NCBI GenBank assembly: GCA_964106915.2
Contig: OZ066916.1
Direction: 5' to 3' (one strand)
Origin: Podarcis gaigeae
Lineage: Eukaryota
Length of the DNA: 64,000 bases
The notes under the pieces are model-generated. The model did not search any database, was not told where the DNA came from, and worked only from the letters and a program-made list of their open reading frames with translations. Both the position numbers and the translations under genes were made by a program. This document shows, piece after piece, positions 49,946 through 64,000 of the stretch (the first letter of the stretch is position 1; each line of letters starts with the position of its first letter).

Positions 49946-52900
49946 AAATTATAGAATAAATTTCCAATGCAGCAGAGCTGATATTGGCAAAAGCTCATGT
50001 TAACAAGTGTACATATCTCCCAGGCCTGGAAACTAGGTATTGTTAGTGCTGTTATTTGTGTTTATATGTATACTGGAGGTAATTTTATAGATAGCTTTTA
50101 AAAAGATTTTAAAATGTATTAGTCACCTTCTTTAAACCTGCATTGGTTGTTTTCAATGTCAGTTTATACATAAATTTACAGTTAATTGTACATTGTTCTT
50201 CCAACAGATCAGTAGGTATTGCTTATGATTTCTGATGTTGTCTGATATATAGGGCCTTTTCAATAATCATTGGTGGCTATTTACTGAATTTTTTAATTTT
50301 TTAATATATTTTTATGGCTTTTAAATGCATTGTTGCTAGGTTTTTAAAATAGGCCTTTAACTTAATTACAGATTTTCAAAATAAAGGCCTGATTCATTGA
50401 TTAAACGTATGTGATAAACATGGCTGGATCAACCCATTTGAATTATAAATAAAATCTGGTGTATCTACAAGCAGCATTAGCTATGACTCATAAACAATAG
50501 AGCAGACAGAAAATTAAAGTAAGTTAAGCTTCTTGTTGTTCATGTTGGCATTGTTATATTGTTTGAACTGTGGCAGTTCCAAGTGAACAAGTGATAAGGT
50601 TACTGTTGGGTAAACAGGTTAAAAATAATAATCCTTGTTTGGAATTTAATCTGCCAGACCTACAGGCTCAGAAGTTTTTTTAATCAGCTTGCCAGGTACT
50701 TTGCATGCAAGTGATTGATCTTTGGCTGAAGTACTGGATAAATCAGAGGTTCCAGTTACTTTCACGTTGTGGGTCTGGCAGCTCTTGGCTCATGCAAGGA
50801 TTCACAAATACAGTTCTTTATGGCTGGTTTCAAACTTCTTGATCTAGTCAAGAATCTAATTCCCCAAAGGTGGTCTGTTATAGTTATAAGTTATATAGAT
50901 TGAAATTTCCTAGGAAAATAGTGGTGAGTTGTGGATTGTTTGAGAGTGATGGAGGAGCTGCCTTTATTTTTCAGAGTTAATTCTGCAACCTACAGCTGTT
51001 TATTCAAGTGTACTTCTCTACCTATTATTCTTTGAATATGCCTAAGTAACTTGAATGGGGGTTGCAGGTAAATTTATGTACAGCTTGCCTTTTCGTAATT
51101 TAAATGCAAAATGGTAAAATAACATCTAGAAATGGAAGCTTTGGAAGGTTAAAATAAAACAGATTGGCCTGTAAAGAATGATAATGATTAGCTGTGGATA
51201 GGGAACTGGCTTTCTTGGTCTAATAACAAACTCATGCAATTCAAGCTATGTAAAACAAAGTTGTGAATGATTTTGTTTACCTTACGAAAGCTGTGGACCA
51301 CATGCTATTTATGATACTATGAGGTGGGTAGCAGCTCATAGGAGCCAATTAAATAGCACTGTCTTGCTTCTATCTTATCTATCTCTTGCTACTTCTTCCG
51401 TAGTGCTGCCATTTCTGGAGAAATTTTGAAATATGTTGAGTCCCCTGATTGAAGCTTTGAGAGGGGTAAGACTATAGCACTTAAAGTCACGGCAATAGGT
51501 CAACACAGAACTTGGCAGACCAGCAAGCTGGCAGCAGCAAAATGCACAGAAGGATAGTCCAGTGTCAGGATCTGGGGATAGTGCATAGTGATTTCCAATA
51601 GACTAAGCCGTACAAGCAACATTTTATGATAATCATATGGTTTGCCCTTGAGTCTGATAATTTTCTTTATTTCTGTAATTATTTCTTAATTAAATTTCTA
51701 CCTCTCCGTTCCTCCCAAAGGAGCCCAGGATGGCAAACACCAAAGTGGTAAAACAACACGAATGAAATTATCTGCAGGAAAGTGTATGTTTTAGGCTCAC
51801 CTCTCCACAGCTTAGACTTCAGTTAACGGGGCATTGAATTTCTTCTACAGCAAGTAGTCAGGCAAAACTAGCAAGCACTCAGGCAAAACTGGTGTGTCTC
51901 TTGTTGCAACTGGGAGTGGCATGGTGGCAAAAATAGGATGCCCAAAACTAAGGAAAAGAGGTCATTGGTATCCAAGAGTGTTAGCAAGGAAACACTTGAG
52001 GGACAGGAGTAGAGCTGTCTTGCTGCTAGATAGTCCAGAAACAATATATATATCCAATTATCAGGATCCTTGATGCCCCAGGCACTCCGTTAGCACACCA
52101 GAAGTTTCCAGAGTCCTGGACCATAACATTCAACTATTTTAAACCTACATTTGGAATTGCTTAATGTAACTGTAGAGCATGGGAAATAACTTTTCTGATA
52201 GCAGGTACAAGTCTAGTCTTAAGCCATTTAAAAAAACCAAAAACCCTCCTACCCAGTTAAACAATCATACTTAGTGTTGCTTTAGTAATTCACTGGCATG
52301 CTTACGTTCTGTCTCATTTTATTTCAGTGCTTTCCAACAACATGATTTGAACACTGGTTTGACAGGAGATTTTTGTTGATAAAGTGATGGCATTGTGCAA
52401 ATAAAAGTGGCTTTCTCAAATGCTTTAGAAAGTATATCCTCAACACATATCCTATGGATTTAATATTGACAGAGCAGTACAGCAGTAAATCTTTTGTGGA
52501 TTAATTTGAAATTGGTATTTCCAGTTTCATTTATCTTTATAGAACAGGTAAAAATAAGTTCTGAAGGAAAATATGCACTGGCTCAGTCAATTAACTTTCA
52601 GGTTCTATTACGTTTGCTAATCTTCTGGTATATTGACAGACTACCTTTGTGTTGTTTATAGGTATAACCTGTATGCTAATATAAATATAAAGACTTTATT
52701 ATCTGTTCTGGCTTTTAAACACTGCTTATGAAGTTTCTGGATGGCTTTTAAGGTTTGACATCATTCACTTGCTTAAATGCAAATATGTTTGCCTGGGAAG
52801 ACGCTTGAATATTGGGGAAACGTTATTGTCTACAGAAACAGTTCTTTAAAAGTAGTAGTCGCTATAATTCTTCAAGAGCTTTTTACATCAAGATGACAAA

Positions 52901-52983
52901 CTTCACATTGCACTTAAAATAGTTTATTCATGTCCAATGAAAATGGTTTAATAATAACCATTCCTTTCTTATTTTTTCTATAG

Positions 52984-53121
<138 letters not shown>

Positions 53122-53967
53122 TAAGTAATAGTGTCCACTGATACTTGCATTAATAGTGCAAGCTAATACTCATTTTAAGAGCTCAGGAATGTTTAGCCTT
53201 GTGTCTAGGAAAATGGTATTCAATATCAGTTTTGCATTGTGTTGAATACACAGTTACAATCTTTGTTAAGTAGAAATCCATGCATTTAATAATATTCTGG
53301 AAGGGCTGGGGAGGGGGACTTACTTTAAATTATACTTTAACCCAGTCTTCCCCCAACCTGTTGTCCCCTAGATGTTTTACACTGATCTCCTAAGCAATTT
53401 TTTTCTGCGCCCCTACTCCTTTCAAGAGCTCACTGATTTTGATGGAGGCAACAAAAAGAAAAAAAGAAACTAGATTGGGGTGGATGAATAATTCTGAACC
53501 TTTATGCCTAGCCCAGCACCCTGATGGGGATGTATATTGATCTGATGATCAAGGAAGCGCCAATCATCTAATGAGTGGAGTGGGTGATTTGCATCTCCAT
53601 CAGCTGAGGTTCATCGCTTGATGATATCTGATGACCTTGGTGCACACTGAACTGGGTGGAAAGGATTAAATTTATCCAGCTAGCTCACTTCCCTGAGGGC
53701 AACTCACCAGTCATCACATTTTATTGCCCGGGGATAACACCCCTTTCCTCAGCTGTTCCACATGGATCTACTGAGGAAGGGGATGATGTGTGTTATGTCC
53801 ATGTGCATTTGTAGTGAGGTCACACCCACTGCCAGCATGAGGCTTCCAGTGGTTTGGCTGAGGGTGAATGGGCCCTTGGGCCAAAAAAGGTTAGCCACAC
53901 TGCTCTAAAGCATATTAGGTTAAGAAGCTGCTCAGTTCAAATCTAACGATGGTGCTAGCTAAACTCG

Positions 53968-54244
53968 CAGGGATGTTCAACTAGTAGATCGTGATCTACC
54001 AGTAGATCCCTGCCTGATCCTGGTAGATCACGGGATCCTTATTGTGTACAAAAAGTTGTGGGGGGGGGAAGCTAAAAAACTCTGTGCAATCCTCCTCCCG
54101 AAAAAGCTCAACAACTCCGGGCAATCCACCCATCCCCCTCCACGCACGCCACACTCCTCCACCCTTCAATGACAATGGGTAGATCACTGCCACTTTTTTA
54201 ATACTGGGAGTAGATCACAGTCTCTTGGGAGCTGGACATGCCTG
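53968..54244. mobile_element. hAT MITE with GTAGATC subterminal repeats
   Basis: CAGGGATGTTCAACT / AGCTGGACATGCCTG termini; five GTAGATC motifs; no clear TSD. Confidence 0.75.
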
Positions 54245-54258
54245 AATTGCTAAAGAAA

Positions 54259-54440
54259 GGGCCATAGCTCAGTGGTAGATAATATGCTTGGGACACAGAA
54301 GGTCCCAGCGTCAATTCCAAGCATCTGAAAGTAGGACTTTGAGAGATCCTTGTCTCAAACTCTTAAGAGCTGCTTCCAGTCAGCTTATACTGAACTAGAA
54401 GAACCAGTCTGTGACTCTATATATGGCAGCTTCCTGTGTT
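54259..54440 (+). mobile_element. tRNA-Ala-like-headed SINE
   Basis: TAGCTCAGTGGTAGA..ATGCTT..AGGTCCCAG..TCAATTCC head, then a non-tRNA body ending GGCAGCTTCCTGTGTT. Confidence 0.75.
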
Positions 54441-55322
54441 ACCTAGTTGTTGTGGTTGTTGGGCAGGAAGATAAGTGTTGAAGCCATGCTTATCAAAGTC
54501 ACAGTGCTGGTTGATGTGTGTTTGTGATTTCAAAAGCCACATGGGGTTAAAGCACATAGCATGACTTAACTCTTCTAAATTGAATATCTTAATTATTTTT
54601 TGCGGCTGTGCAAGAGAGTACACCATTGTTGTGAGTCATGAGGCATATGACAGTCTTTTATTGTTCTTTGAGTCACTACATTATTTGTCATTATCTGGTT
54701 ACACAAATTTACTTTCAGAGATTGACACAATAAAAAATGCAAGATGCGTGCAAGCCGGGCTGACCTTAGCTATTTTCTCCTCTTAGACAAACTAAATTCT
54801 TTGTTGCCTCTCACACAATAGTGAGGATTGTGCCAACTCTTTGGGAAAATGTACGACTAAGTCAGTCATGTCTTATACATGATGGAGGGAGACTGTGGCT
54901 CAGCAGGGCACATGTGATTCTCGACACACGTGTTCTAGGCTGCACAGTTCTGACCAGCTAAGCATCATAGGGTTGAAAAGTCTAGGAAGGACCCCTTTCT
55001 AAAACAAACACCTTTCCATGCTGCATAATACCACTTCTCCATTGATTTAGTCCTGGTATTCTGTAAATGTGGTACGGAGCTAGGGCTCAGTTTCACTGTC
55101 CAAGCTGTGATGATCAATCTCGCTTTACTAATCAGTGGTGGTCTTGGGGGAGATCTCTTCTCTCTTTTTGGTGGCCTATTAGGATGAAAGGCTCAGTGGT
55201 CCTTGTGAGATGTGGAGTGAGCTGCATCTTCCACGGGCCACCAGGGCTTTCATCCTGATATGCAAAATGCCAGGGAATCAGAAAGAGGAGCCATTCCTCC
55301 CCATCTCCTTCTCCTAATGTAG

Positions 55323-55362
<40 letters not shown>
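55323..55362. repeat. (GCT)n microsatellite
   Basis: Directly visible. Confidence 0.95.
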
Positions 55363-55364
<2 letters not shown>

Positions 55365-55386
55365 TGCTCCTCACACCACCAGTGGC

Positions 55387-55559
55387 TGTTGTTGTTTAGT
55401 CGTTTAGGCGTATCCGACTCTTCGTGACCCCATGGACCAGAGCATGCCAGGAACTCCTGTCTTCCACTACCTCCCCACGGTTTGGTTAAACTCATGCTGG
55501 TAGCTTCGAGAACACTGTCCAACCATCTCGTCCTCTGTCGTCCCCTTCTCCTTGTGCCC
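55387..55559 (-). mobile_element. RTE-BovB LINE 3' end
   Basis: Reverse peptide DSVLEATSMSLTK, CCATGGGGTCACGAAGAGTCGGA motif and (CAA)n tail. Confidence 0.88.
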
Positions 55560-58500
55560 AGTTAATCTTTAAGGAGAGGATCTTTTGAGGAGAAAGGGCT
55601 TGGCGGCTGCTGCTGCTTCTTTTGAAAGTCTGATTGGTTCAGAAAATAAGCCATTTCCCTGTGCCCCCAGAAATAACCCTGCTCATTTCCAAGCCAGTAC
55701 AACACAAGACAAGTAGGAGGAAGCTTGCCTATCTACAATTGTTTGTATTGTTCTAGAGTTGTCTGGGGCATGCTGTCACTTGGGAAGTTTCATTTGAATT
55801 TCTGGTGCTCTGTTTTTGGCAAGGACTAATAGTGCTCCATTTGCAAGTTCACACAGGGAACCATGCTGTCCCGGCCCAAAGCATGTAAAAGAAATAATTG
55901 CTTTTGACTTGGCAGATGCCTCTTCCTGCACAAGGCGAGAGCGTGCCCTCAGAAACTTTTATGTGGTTACAAAGGCCTTACGTGGACATATTCTCACTTC
56001 ACAAAGGGCACTACCAAGACTAGAACTGACATAAAAAAACTTAACATGGAATTATTTTCCCTTGGCTGCTGTCTCTTCCTTTATGAGTTTCCCCGCAATC
56101 TTGGATTTCTGCTCAGTCCCTGTAGTAATTGTGGAAAACCCAGGGAATTTTTTTTTAAAAAATGCAGGTTTCCTCTTTTTTGCCACTTGCATGTGGCTCT
56201 TGGCACACGTGTTCCAGGCTGCACAAATCTGACCAGGGGCTTTTCAAGGATTTAATTTCATTTCTTCTATTACCAAGACATTGACAAAACAAGGAATGAA
56301 TGGTTTGATCCTTGCTAGACAAGGAAGTAGGCAAGTGATGAGACCTGGTCTGAACACACACAATTCAACAACTTTGCTGAAGCCAAGTATGTTTGAATTT
56401 TGGTCAATGTCTGGATGCTTTTCTGCCTGGGGACCTATGTAACCTACCTTAAACTTCATGGAAGAAAGGCAAGATATAAATTGAATTAATAATGAATGGT
56501 AATAGTAGTTCATATATTTTGTTAACTTGATATTGGTAGAACAAATCCCAAGTTTATAGTAGCCTGCTAGAGATACGGCTCTCTATATTCACTGCCATGG
56601 CTATGATTCTTCACAGGGTTGCCTCCAAATAAATCCCTACTTCAAGAAGACCCATTGAAATTAATAAACATGAGTTGTTCATGCCCATTAATTTAAATTG
56701 GTCTACTCTAAGTAGGACTAATGTTGAATACATCCCATATGCTCAATTTTCTTTAATCCAAGATTTCTGTCTTCTGCATAGAATATCCAAAGTATTTCCA
56801 ATTGTTACTGTGGCTAAACTGCTTTATAAACCTATTTCATACTTTATTCAAAACACTGAGATCTTTTGTTAATTTTAGGTTTGTTAACATCCTTAATTTT
56901 CACATCAAGGCTGTTCAACAATTGCCCAAGGAAAGTGTTTTAAGCTCCAGTGTTAAATTATAGGTTAACACTGAAATATACCCCATACAGCATTTAAGAA
57001 CTCATAATGTGCAAAGTTCAGAACCTCTTTCATGACAGGGTAGATTGAATGGGATAGTGGAGCAGTTCCACAGTACCATTTTATCCTCCAAACTGCAGGA
57101 CATTGACTAATTCAGATAACAACTGAGAGTAATGAAATCTTTTGCCAGCCACTCAGGAATTTTGGAAGGCAGCTTCTGGCAGTTTCTTTGCCAGTTAATG
57201 AAGCATAGTTTATAGGAGGAGAACTCCCTTCCATTTAAACAGATGGGCCTAATTTGGCGCTCATCATTACACAGCTGACAAAGGTGGTTTGGAAAAAGTC
57301 ATGTGTGTTGGATTAGTTCACATCAAAGGTGTGGAACTATAAGGTGTGTTAAAAAGACACGAGTAAATGCAAGTCTGAACTGCAGATGATTTTGTGGCTC
57401 ATCCTTGCAAGAGGAAAGGATGAAAAGTGGTTTGAGAGGAAGGACATCTGGCATATTTCCATACACACAGTGGTGTGCTTTAAATAATTAAATACATTTG
57501 CCCTGTTCATGGCGATCTGTGACTATTACTGCAATATTCTAAAACGGTTTCTGCACCCTGTCCCCATCACTGAATCTCACAATTCCTCAACATCATTCTC
57601 TGTGTTCACTCAATCTACCTGGTTTTATGGTTTGTCTAACCCCAGTGGAGAAAACTTCTTCATTCCTCAATCTCTTCCAACAGTCATAAGGGCCAGCTTC
57701 CCTGCTTGGGGGCCAGTTGACCTCTTCCTCAACCATGGCTCCATAAAATCCATCACTGAACTTTTCCTGGCAGGGCTCTTTGCCTTTGAAACTTGCGTAA
57801 CAGACAGTAAGTAGCTCTGTCGCCATACTTCAGGGATGGAAATCCTGTGGTACTGGAGTACAGCTCCCATCAGTCCCAGACAGCATGACCAATGGTTATA
57901 ATCACACTTCTAATTTTACTTCAGTGAAATTGTAGATACTAATAATTTATAACAAAAGTCATTGATTTTAAAAGCTGGAATCTTGCTTGAATACTACGCT
58001 GGTCTGTGGAACAATTCAGAATTAATGATCACCCAGGAGTCCTCTACATGTTCAAAAGTTTGGCGTGTTCATGTGGTAGTTTTGCAATCACAAATATATA
58101 GTGAGCTGTTGAGCCTGTAAATAGGATGTCATTGATGGAATTTAGCCGGACATCTGCTTAAAATAATGTTTTGGCCAGCAAATTGACATTGTGAAGATGA
58201 CACCTTGTTAGTGATCCTGTCTGTTTCCCTTCTAAATTTGGAACTGCATCCATGCACTTCACTGTCAAAAGAGTTTGTACTGCTATCATCAGAGCACTGA
58301 GGAGGAAATATAGCTGTGAAAGAGCAAGTTGTGCTGTGCTGTCTCATCCATCACTGCCAATGGCCAACTAGCATCTGATTCCACAATGTTTTATTGTGGT
58401 TACAGATAACACAAGGCAGAATCTCTACAGCATAGACATTACCGTACAGTTTATGTTAGTGGCAGTGACAGTTCTGCACAAATTATATGCTTTGTAGGAA

Positions 58501-59720
58501 ATGAGATCTGGGTATAATTGTGGTTATCATAATTATGGCCCCAATCCTATGACTCAAGACTGTTAGCAAATAGTCCTAATAGATGATATACCAGGACATA
58601 AAGACATTGTGATATTAGGGCTGCTGTTGTAAATATTATACACTTGTTTGGTAGGAGGTATACCAGCACACATGGTTCATTAGTAGATGCTAGTCTTCTT
58701 CAGAATGTATCATCCATATACAAAAAAAAACCCACAAAGAAAAAAAGTATTCCAAAATGTGATATGCAGAATATATGCTGAAATACAAAAGCAAAAAACC
58801 ATAGTTTAGTATGCTTCTGTCATGACATTCTGAGGCTGCTGCCAAATATATTTGCTCACAAATAGAGTAGAAACCTCACATGCCACTGTCTTTCAAGAAA
58901 CTTTGTATTGAAACAAGGTAATGACTCCCTCTAAGATAGGTTTGTGCATTTGTTAACTAAGGCTGTAATCCTATACATGTTTGCCTGAGTGTCAGCCATA
59001 CTTACTTATGGGCTTGCTTCTGAATAGACATGCTTTGCATTATTCTGTTAGTATTTTAATCCAGCTTTTACCAACCTGGTGCCCTACAGATGTTTTGAAG
59101 TACTACTCTTACCAGCCCAAGACAGTCCCAGTTTTACTCCAAAAGTTAATGGAAGACACCAGGCTGGTGAAGGCTGGTTAAGTCACTATATTGGCACCAG
59201 CAGTATCTTACAAATGTGTTTTATGCATTTAAAATGTCAGCCCCACACCTTGCTTACTATTGTGTGTTTTAGGCATTGGATGATATGCTAATCCATTTGA
59301 AGAATGCTGCTTCAAAGAAGTCCATGAAGATCATATGTAGTTCTAGTACATTTACAGTATTGGGGCCATGAAGAAAGCATATGGATAGTAATTAAGTGCA
59401 GGTTCCACAGTGGATTTACAACCCACTATGAAATATTTCTGAACATCTGGATGGGTTTTCAGTTATGGTTTTTAAAAGCAAAAATATGTTGTTCTCCAGC
59501 ATGCATACACACACCAATCTGCAGAGGACAGTTGGTTTAAAACTGAACTCAAAGAGATTTTATCTGCTCCACATACCCATTGTGGTTTCAGTTATGGTGC
59601 CATACCATTTACAGTGTTTGATCTCTTCATGGTTTGTCATTTTTCAGTATTATGCAAGGTCTTAATTACTGCAAAATAGCTTGTAAACAAAGAATTCTGT
59701 GATCATTTGCTTTATAATAT

Positions 59721-59778
59721 TTGTGTGTGTGTGTGTGTGTTTAAAAGGCATCACTTGGGACAGGAATGCCCAAAATGA

Positions 59779-59807
<29 letters not shown>
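59721..59807. repeat. (GT)n and (GTT)n microsatellites
   Basis: Directly visible. Confidence 0.9.
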
Positions 59808-59809
<2 letters not shown>

Positions 59810-60699
59810 TTAAAAAAGGCCCATAGAAAATGTGCTCCTCTAGGTCCTTCTTTACATACATATGTAAAACAATTCCCTCCACTTTTTCCTTTTGGGTCCC
59901 TGGTAGCTCTGCCACTGTGCCCTCTGGCCTGGTGGCCTGTTGCTTAACTCCAGATTGGTTCATAGTAAGGTACACTCATTCATAACTTGATCAAAGATGG
60001 GTGGGGGGAGCTAACACAGAGGTGGATTTAGGGGAGCATGACTGGTTTGCCTGCATTGTGCACTGAGCTGAGACGGCGCTACAGGGGATGCGACAACAAT
60101 GACTTAGAACAGAAGGCAGAGGGAATTTTCATGTCACACAGGGCACCACTGAAATTTGGCTAACATGTATTATTTGAGCGGCCAAGTGAGCAGGGTTGAC
60201 TTAACCCAGTTGTGCCCCCTCCGAGTTCTTGGTTGAGCATCAACACAAGCTAGAGGACAGGAAGGTATCCCACCCAGCAGCCTCTTTGACTGTGTTGGAA
60301 GAGCTGGTCTCAGAGGTGGGATTGGTAAATCCTAAAATGTTGTGTCATGGGATTTCAGCAGTCACACTGAGGTTGCCTTGAATGAATCGGCTTAGAACTT
60401 CATGTCTCGGTGTGTCATTGTCCTCATACACTGGGCAAGGCATATCCTCATTGCAGTCTTTGCCTCAGCATAAGAAGGATGGTCTGCAAGTAGGGATAGC
60501 GCAATAACCCTGATCAGAATGTTTCCTGCTGAGGTTAGGTGTGGCATGAACTGTTTCCACCTATATTGCCTGCCCCATGAGATTTATGGTACCTCAGAGA
60601 TTCATGAATACTGTGGGGGATTTTCCAATGGCTAGAGCTGGAGAATGGAACTTACTGGGGAATGGGAACGTGTGTCATGCTGTTGACACTGTTGCTTCT

Positions 60700-61290
60700 G
60701 AATTACCTCTTCAGTGCTGGGGACGAGATAATTATTGGAAGAGGGACAGGTGGAGTGTAACCCTTCTATTTCTCCTTGATCTTTCAGTGGCTTTTGATAC
60801 CATTTGTCATGGTATTCTACTGGACCCAACTCTATGTGTTGGGAGTATGAGACCCTGTGTTACATTTTCCCCAGTCCTACCTACGGGCCTAGTTTCCTAA
60901 AATGGCATTGGGTAACTGTAATTTGGTCCTGTGGGTGGTCCAGGGTTCGTTCTTTTATGCAGGGTTCTTTAACATCTTTATGAAGCCATTGGGAATAGTT
61001 GGGGGTGTGTGTCACCATTATGTGGATAATCCAGATCTCTAATTTACATCATGAACCAGGTGTGGAATTGCAGGTCCTGGACCAGGCATAGGCAAACTTG
61101 GCCCACCAGATGTTTTGGGACTACAACTCCAATGATCCCCAGCTAACAGGACCAGTGGTCAGGGATGATGGGAATTGTAGTCCCAAAACATCTGGAGGGC
61201 CGAGTTTGCCTATGCCTGACCTGGACAGTACTTGAATTTGGTGGTGGGCTGGATGAGAGCCTAGATTTAGTAAGAGGATGGATAGGAGCC
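60700..61290 (+). mobile_element. Degraded L2 RT fragment interrupted by a hAT MITE
   Basis: LLFLLDLSVAFDTICHGILL in ORF 60577-60900 matches the L2 LLDLSAAFDT.DH..LL motif. Confidence 0.75.
61083..61218. mobile_element. Palindromic hAT MITE
   Basis: CAGGCATAGGCAAACT / AGTTTGCCTATGCCTG; TSD TCCTGGAC / ACCTGGAC. Confidence 0.92.
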
Positions 61291-63537
61291 ACTAATATTT
61301 TACAGCACGACACTGAATTAAAGGCAACAAGACTGTTCCTCAAGTTTTTCACAGCCCTGCACCATAGTGGTTAGTAGTTAACAAAGCTTATAAATATATT
61401 GACCTCAGATTGTCCATGCCAAAAGAGACAGGAGGGTATTGCAGTACGCAGCATAATGATGAGGATTTGCCTGTTACAGAGCTCTTTAAAGAAATAGGGA
61501 GAATTGGGGGATAGCCCTGTTTATGCATGTATGCATTCATGCAAAAACAATGGAAAAATTAAATGGAATGCTACCCAGACAAGTATTATCTTATCTCGTG
61601 GTTTTTTGCTGAAGAAATGACACACTTTGAATTAAGGCATCAAAATCTTGAAGGTGGTGTCAGAACTGTCAGAATGTTGTTGAAGTATACATTTCTTTGA
61701 ACATTGCTATGGAAAAGGGAATGCAAAGAATAAATTTTTGGTTGCTCTATTTTTTTCATTCTTTTTCATTCTTTTTAAAGAATGCTTTCTTTTAATAATT
61801 AATTTGAAATATTTTCTGAGCAGGGCACAAATGAGATATATATATAAAATCATTATCACATTGAATTTGTTAATGCCATACTAACTGTTTTACTGTCCTC
61901 TTGTAAAATGTTTAATGAATCCATATCAGCAATTTACTCAAACATTTATTACTGGATACAACTGCTTTTAAGCCCTAAATCTAAGTATTAGTCAAGCAGT
62001 ATTGTCACAGTTTAAACACAAAACTACAAAATATTGCTGTGTAGTCGCTTCATGAATTAATTTTCTACGAGGAAAGCAGTTGTGCACTGGAGCCAGTGTT
62101 CGAAACTCCCATTGTTCTAGGCACATTTTGCGACAGGGAATTTCATTAGTGTGAGCAGTTTCTGAGCTCTGGGCGCAGTATTGCGCCTGATTTCAGATTA
62201 AAACCACAGAGTGGAAGGAAAGGAGGACCTTTTTCTGCCTCCCCACTTCCAGCCACTCTCTGAAGACTGGAGAAGAGACCCTCTTAATAATATTAGGGGG
62301 GTGATCAAGGGAGGGACTAGACCATGTGTAAAATGAACATAATATTTTAGCTGCAGTTCATTCATTTTCAGCTTTGCATTCTTGTTAGTAAAGAAGCACG
62401 CCTATACATTCCATTGTTGCGCCTGTAACCTAGGTTTAAGGTGCTATTTAGCTCCTAGCTTTCATATCTCAGTTTCTAACACTGACTGGAGGGGAAATTA
62501 GTTAGCAGAATTTTGTGTTTAATCCTCTTCCTGGTCTCAGCAATTCCCTAATGCCATAGGGTTTCCAGCAAGCAAGGTCATTACACTGAAGATCCAATCA
62601 AGGTGCATGTGATCTCTGACCAAAATACACTGAAAATTACCAGTAGAAAATGAAGATAAACTGTTTCTAGGAAGTTTCAGACTTTGCTTTGTTTGATGGT
62701 TTTTGATAAGTCCTCAGCAAGATTGTTTTGTCTCTGAGGTGACAAAAAGCCGCCCATTTACATGTCCTTTTAGGGCTGTAGCACAAATGTTTCCATCACT
62801 GAGGTTTAAAGTTACATAGAATTGGTTCAGGAAAGTGTATGTCACATAGACAATGTGGCTAAATGAAAGAGTTGTTTTATTCATCATATCATTTTTTGTC
62901 ATTTCTTCTTTGTTTTTGTAGAATGTACTAAATTCGTTTTTCAAATGTTGACTAAAACACTCAACTATTCTGTGAACTAAGAAGCAGATGATTCTGTGGT
63001 GTTTGCTTCCCCCCACCTTCCCAGCTGCAAATATAATTTCCAGCAGCCACTGGACTTGCAATCCTGAGAGCCCATTTAAGGACATGCAAAGACTTGTGAA
63101 CCTTCTGTGGGCATTTTAACTCATTGTTTTCTTTTTAACAGCAGCTCCCCAGGCTCCTATGAGTTCCAAAAGCATTTTGTCTAATAGTTTGAGTGTCTGC
63201 TGTTCGGTGGTAGGTGTGGGAATTCAGAGTCTCACTGTGTGTACCCTAACTTTAGAAACCATTGCTTTTTTAAGTTTAGCTGAGAAATGAAAGACACTTC
63301 AGTTATTCCTTTAAAAAGAAAGAAAGATATATTCAAATCGTTTCCCATAGTTTCTTTTCTGCCTCTTGGCATTTACCTTTCAAAGTTTTTTCTGAGTTTT
63401 CCCAAATAGATCTTTCAGTATTAAACACCTTTACTTGAAAGGCAGTGAGGGAACCGCCAGAAGACCCTTGGAGGTAACTAACCACAGATTGTCTAGGTTT
63501 GGAAATAATGACAAATTACAGTTACCTGAAAATGGAG

Positions 63538-63538
<1 letters not shown>

Positions 63539-63574
<36 letters not shown>

Positions 63575-63870
63575 TATTATTATTTATTTCTTGTACTCTG
63601 CTCATTTGACTCAGTTGCCCCAGCCACTCTGTGCAGCTTCCAACAGAATGTAAAAGAACACAACAAAACATCAGGCATTAAAAGCTTCCTGATACAGGGT
63701 TGCCTTCACATGTCTGTGGAGAGTCGTATAATTGTTTTTGACATCTAAAGGGAGGGTGTTCTATAGGATGGGTGCCCCTACCAGGAAGGCCCTCTGCCTG
63801 GTTCCCTGTAACTTCACTTCTTGCAATGAGGAAACTGCCAGAAGGCCCTTGGAGCTGAATGGGCTGAACG
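63539..63870 (-). mobile_element. L2-type LINE 3' end with (TAA)n tail
   Basis: (AAT)n tail followed by typical squamate L2 3' sequence GGGAGGGTGTTC..AGGATGGGTGCC...AAGGCCCTCTGCCTGGT. Confidence 0.7.
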
Positions 63871-64000
63871 ATGAGGGTTGAGATGCACATTATGCTAAAT
63901 TTCCAAGGACAGAACCCACTGCAGCCCTCCAAATGTTGTTGGAGTACAGCTTCCATCAGCCTTGATCATTGGCAGGGGCGTCTTACCCATAGAGGCTAAA

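Larger units (their letters stand above)
30874..52983 (+). other. SASH1: SASH1 intron 1 (22,110 bp, GT-AG)
   Basis: Bounded by GTGAGT donor and TTTTTTCTATAG acceptor; phases match. Confidence 0.9.

Noticed and set aside
55250-55522. PolyQ-containing protein
   Set aside because: Chance fusion of a BovB 3' end and a (GCT)n microsatellite.

Overview
AT-rich vertebrate genomic DNA, most likely from a squamate (probably a lacertid lizard), judged from Sauria SINEs, BovB/RTE, CR1, L2, Penelope, hAT and Tc1/mariner-type MITEs. The window holds the 5' part of SASH1 on the + strand: a CpG-island first coding exon (CDS 30778-30873, MEEEQ...FSRLWTDVMGIL) and the 129-bp exon 2 (52984-53112, [10 protein letters not shown]...[11 protein letters not shown]), separated by a 22.1-kb intron. 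I did not find exon 3 in the window. A CpG-retaining block at about 3.8-4.3 kb ends in GCCATG|GTAAGT and looks like a distal alternative first exon contributing only Met. The rest is intronic or intergenic DNA dense in transposable elements. The only long genuine ORF is a 5'-truncated but uninterrupted Rex1/Babar reverse transcriptase (14758-16245, minus) nested in a CR1. Other oddities: a Sauria SINE with a ~72-bp flanking duplication, a Tigger-like MITE carrying an array of GC-rich hairpins, a Tc2-like MITE carrying a ~154-bp tandem array, and a 5S-derived SINE-like element. I found no CRISPR array, prokaryotic system or clearly novel multi-gene system. Family assignments are from recalled motifs, not database searches.
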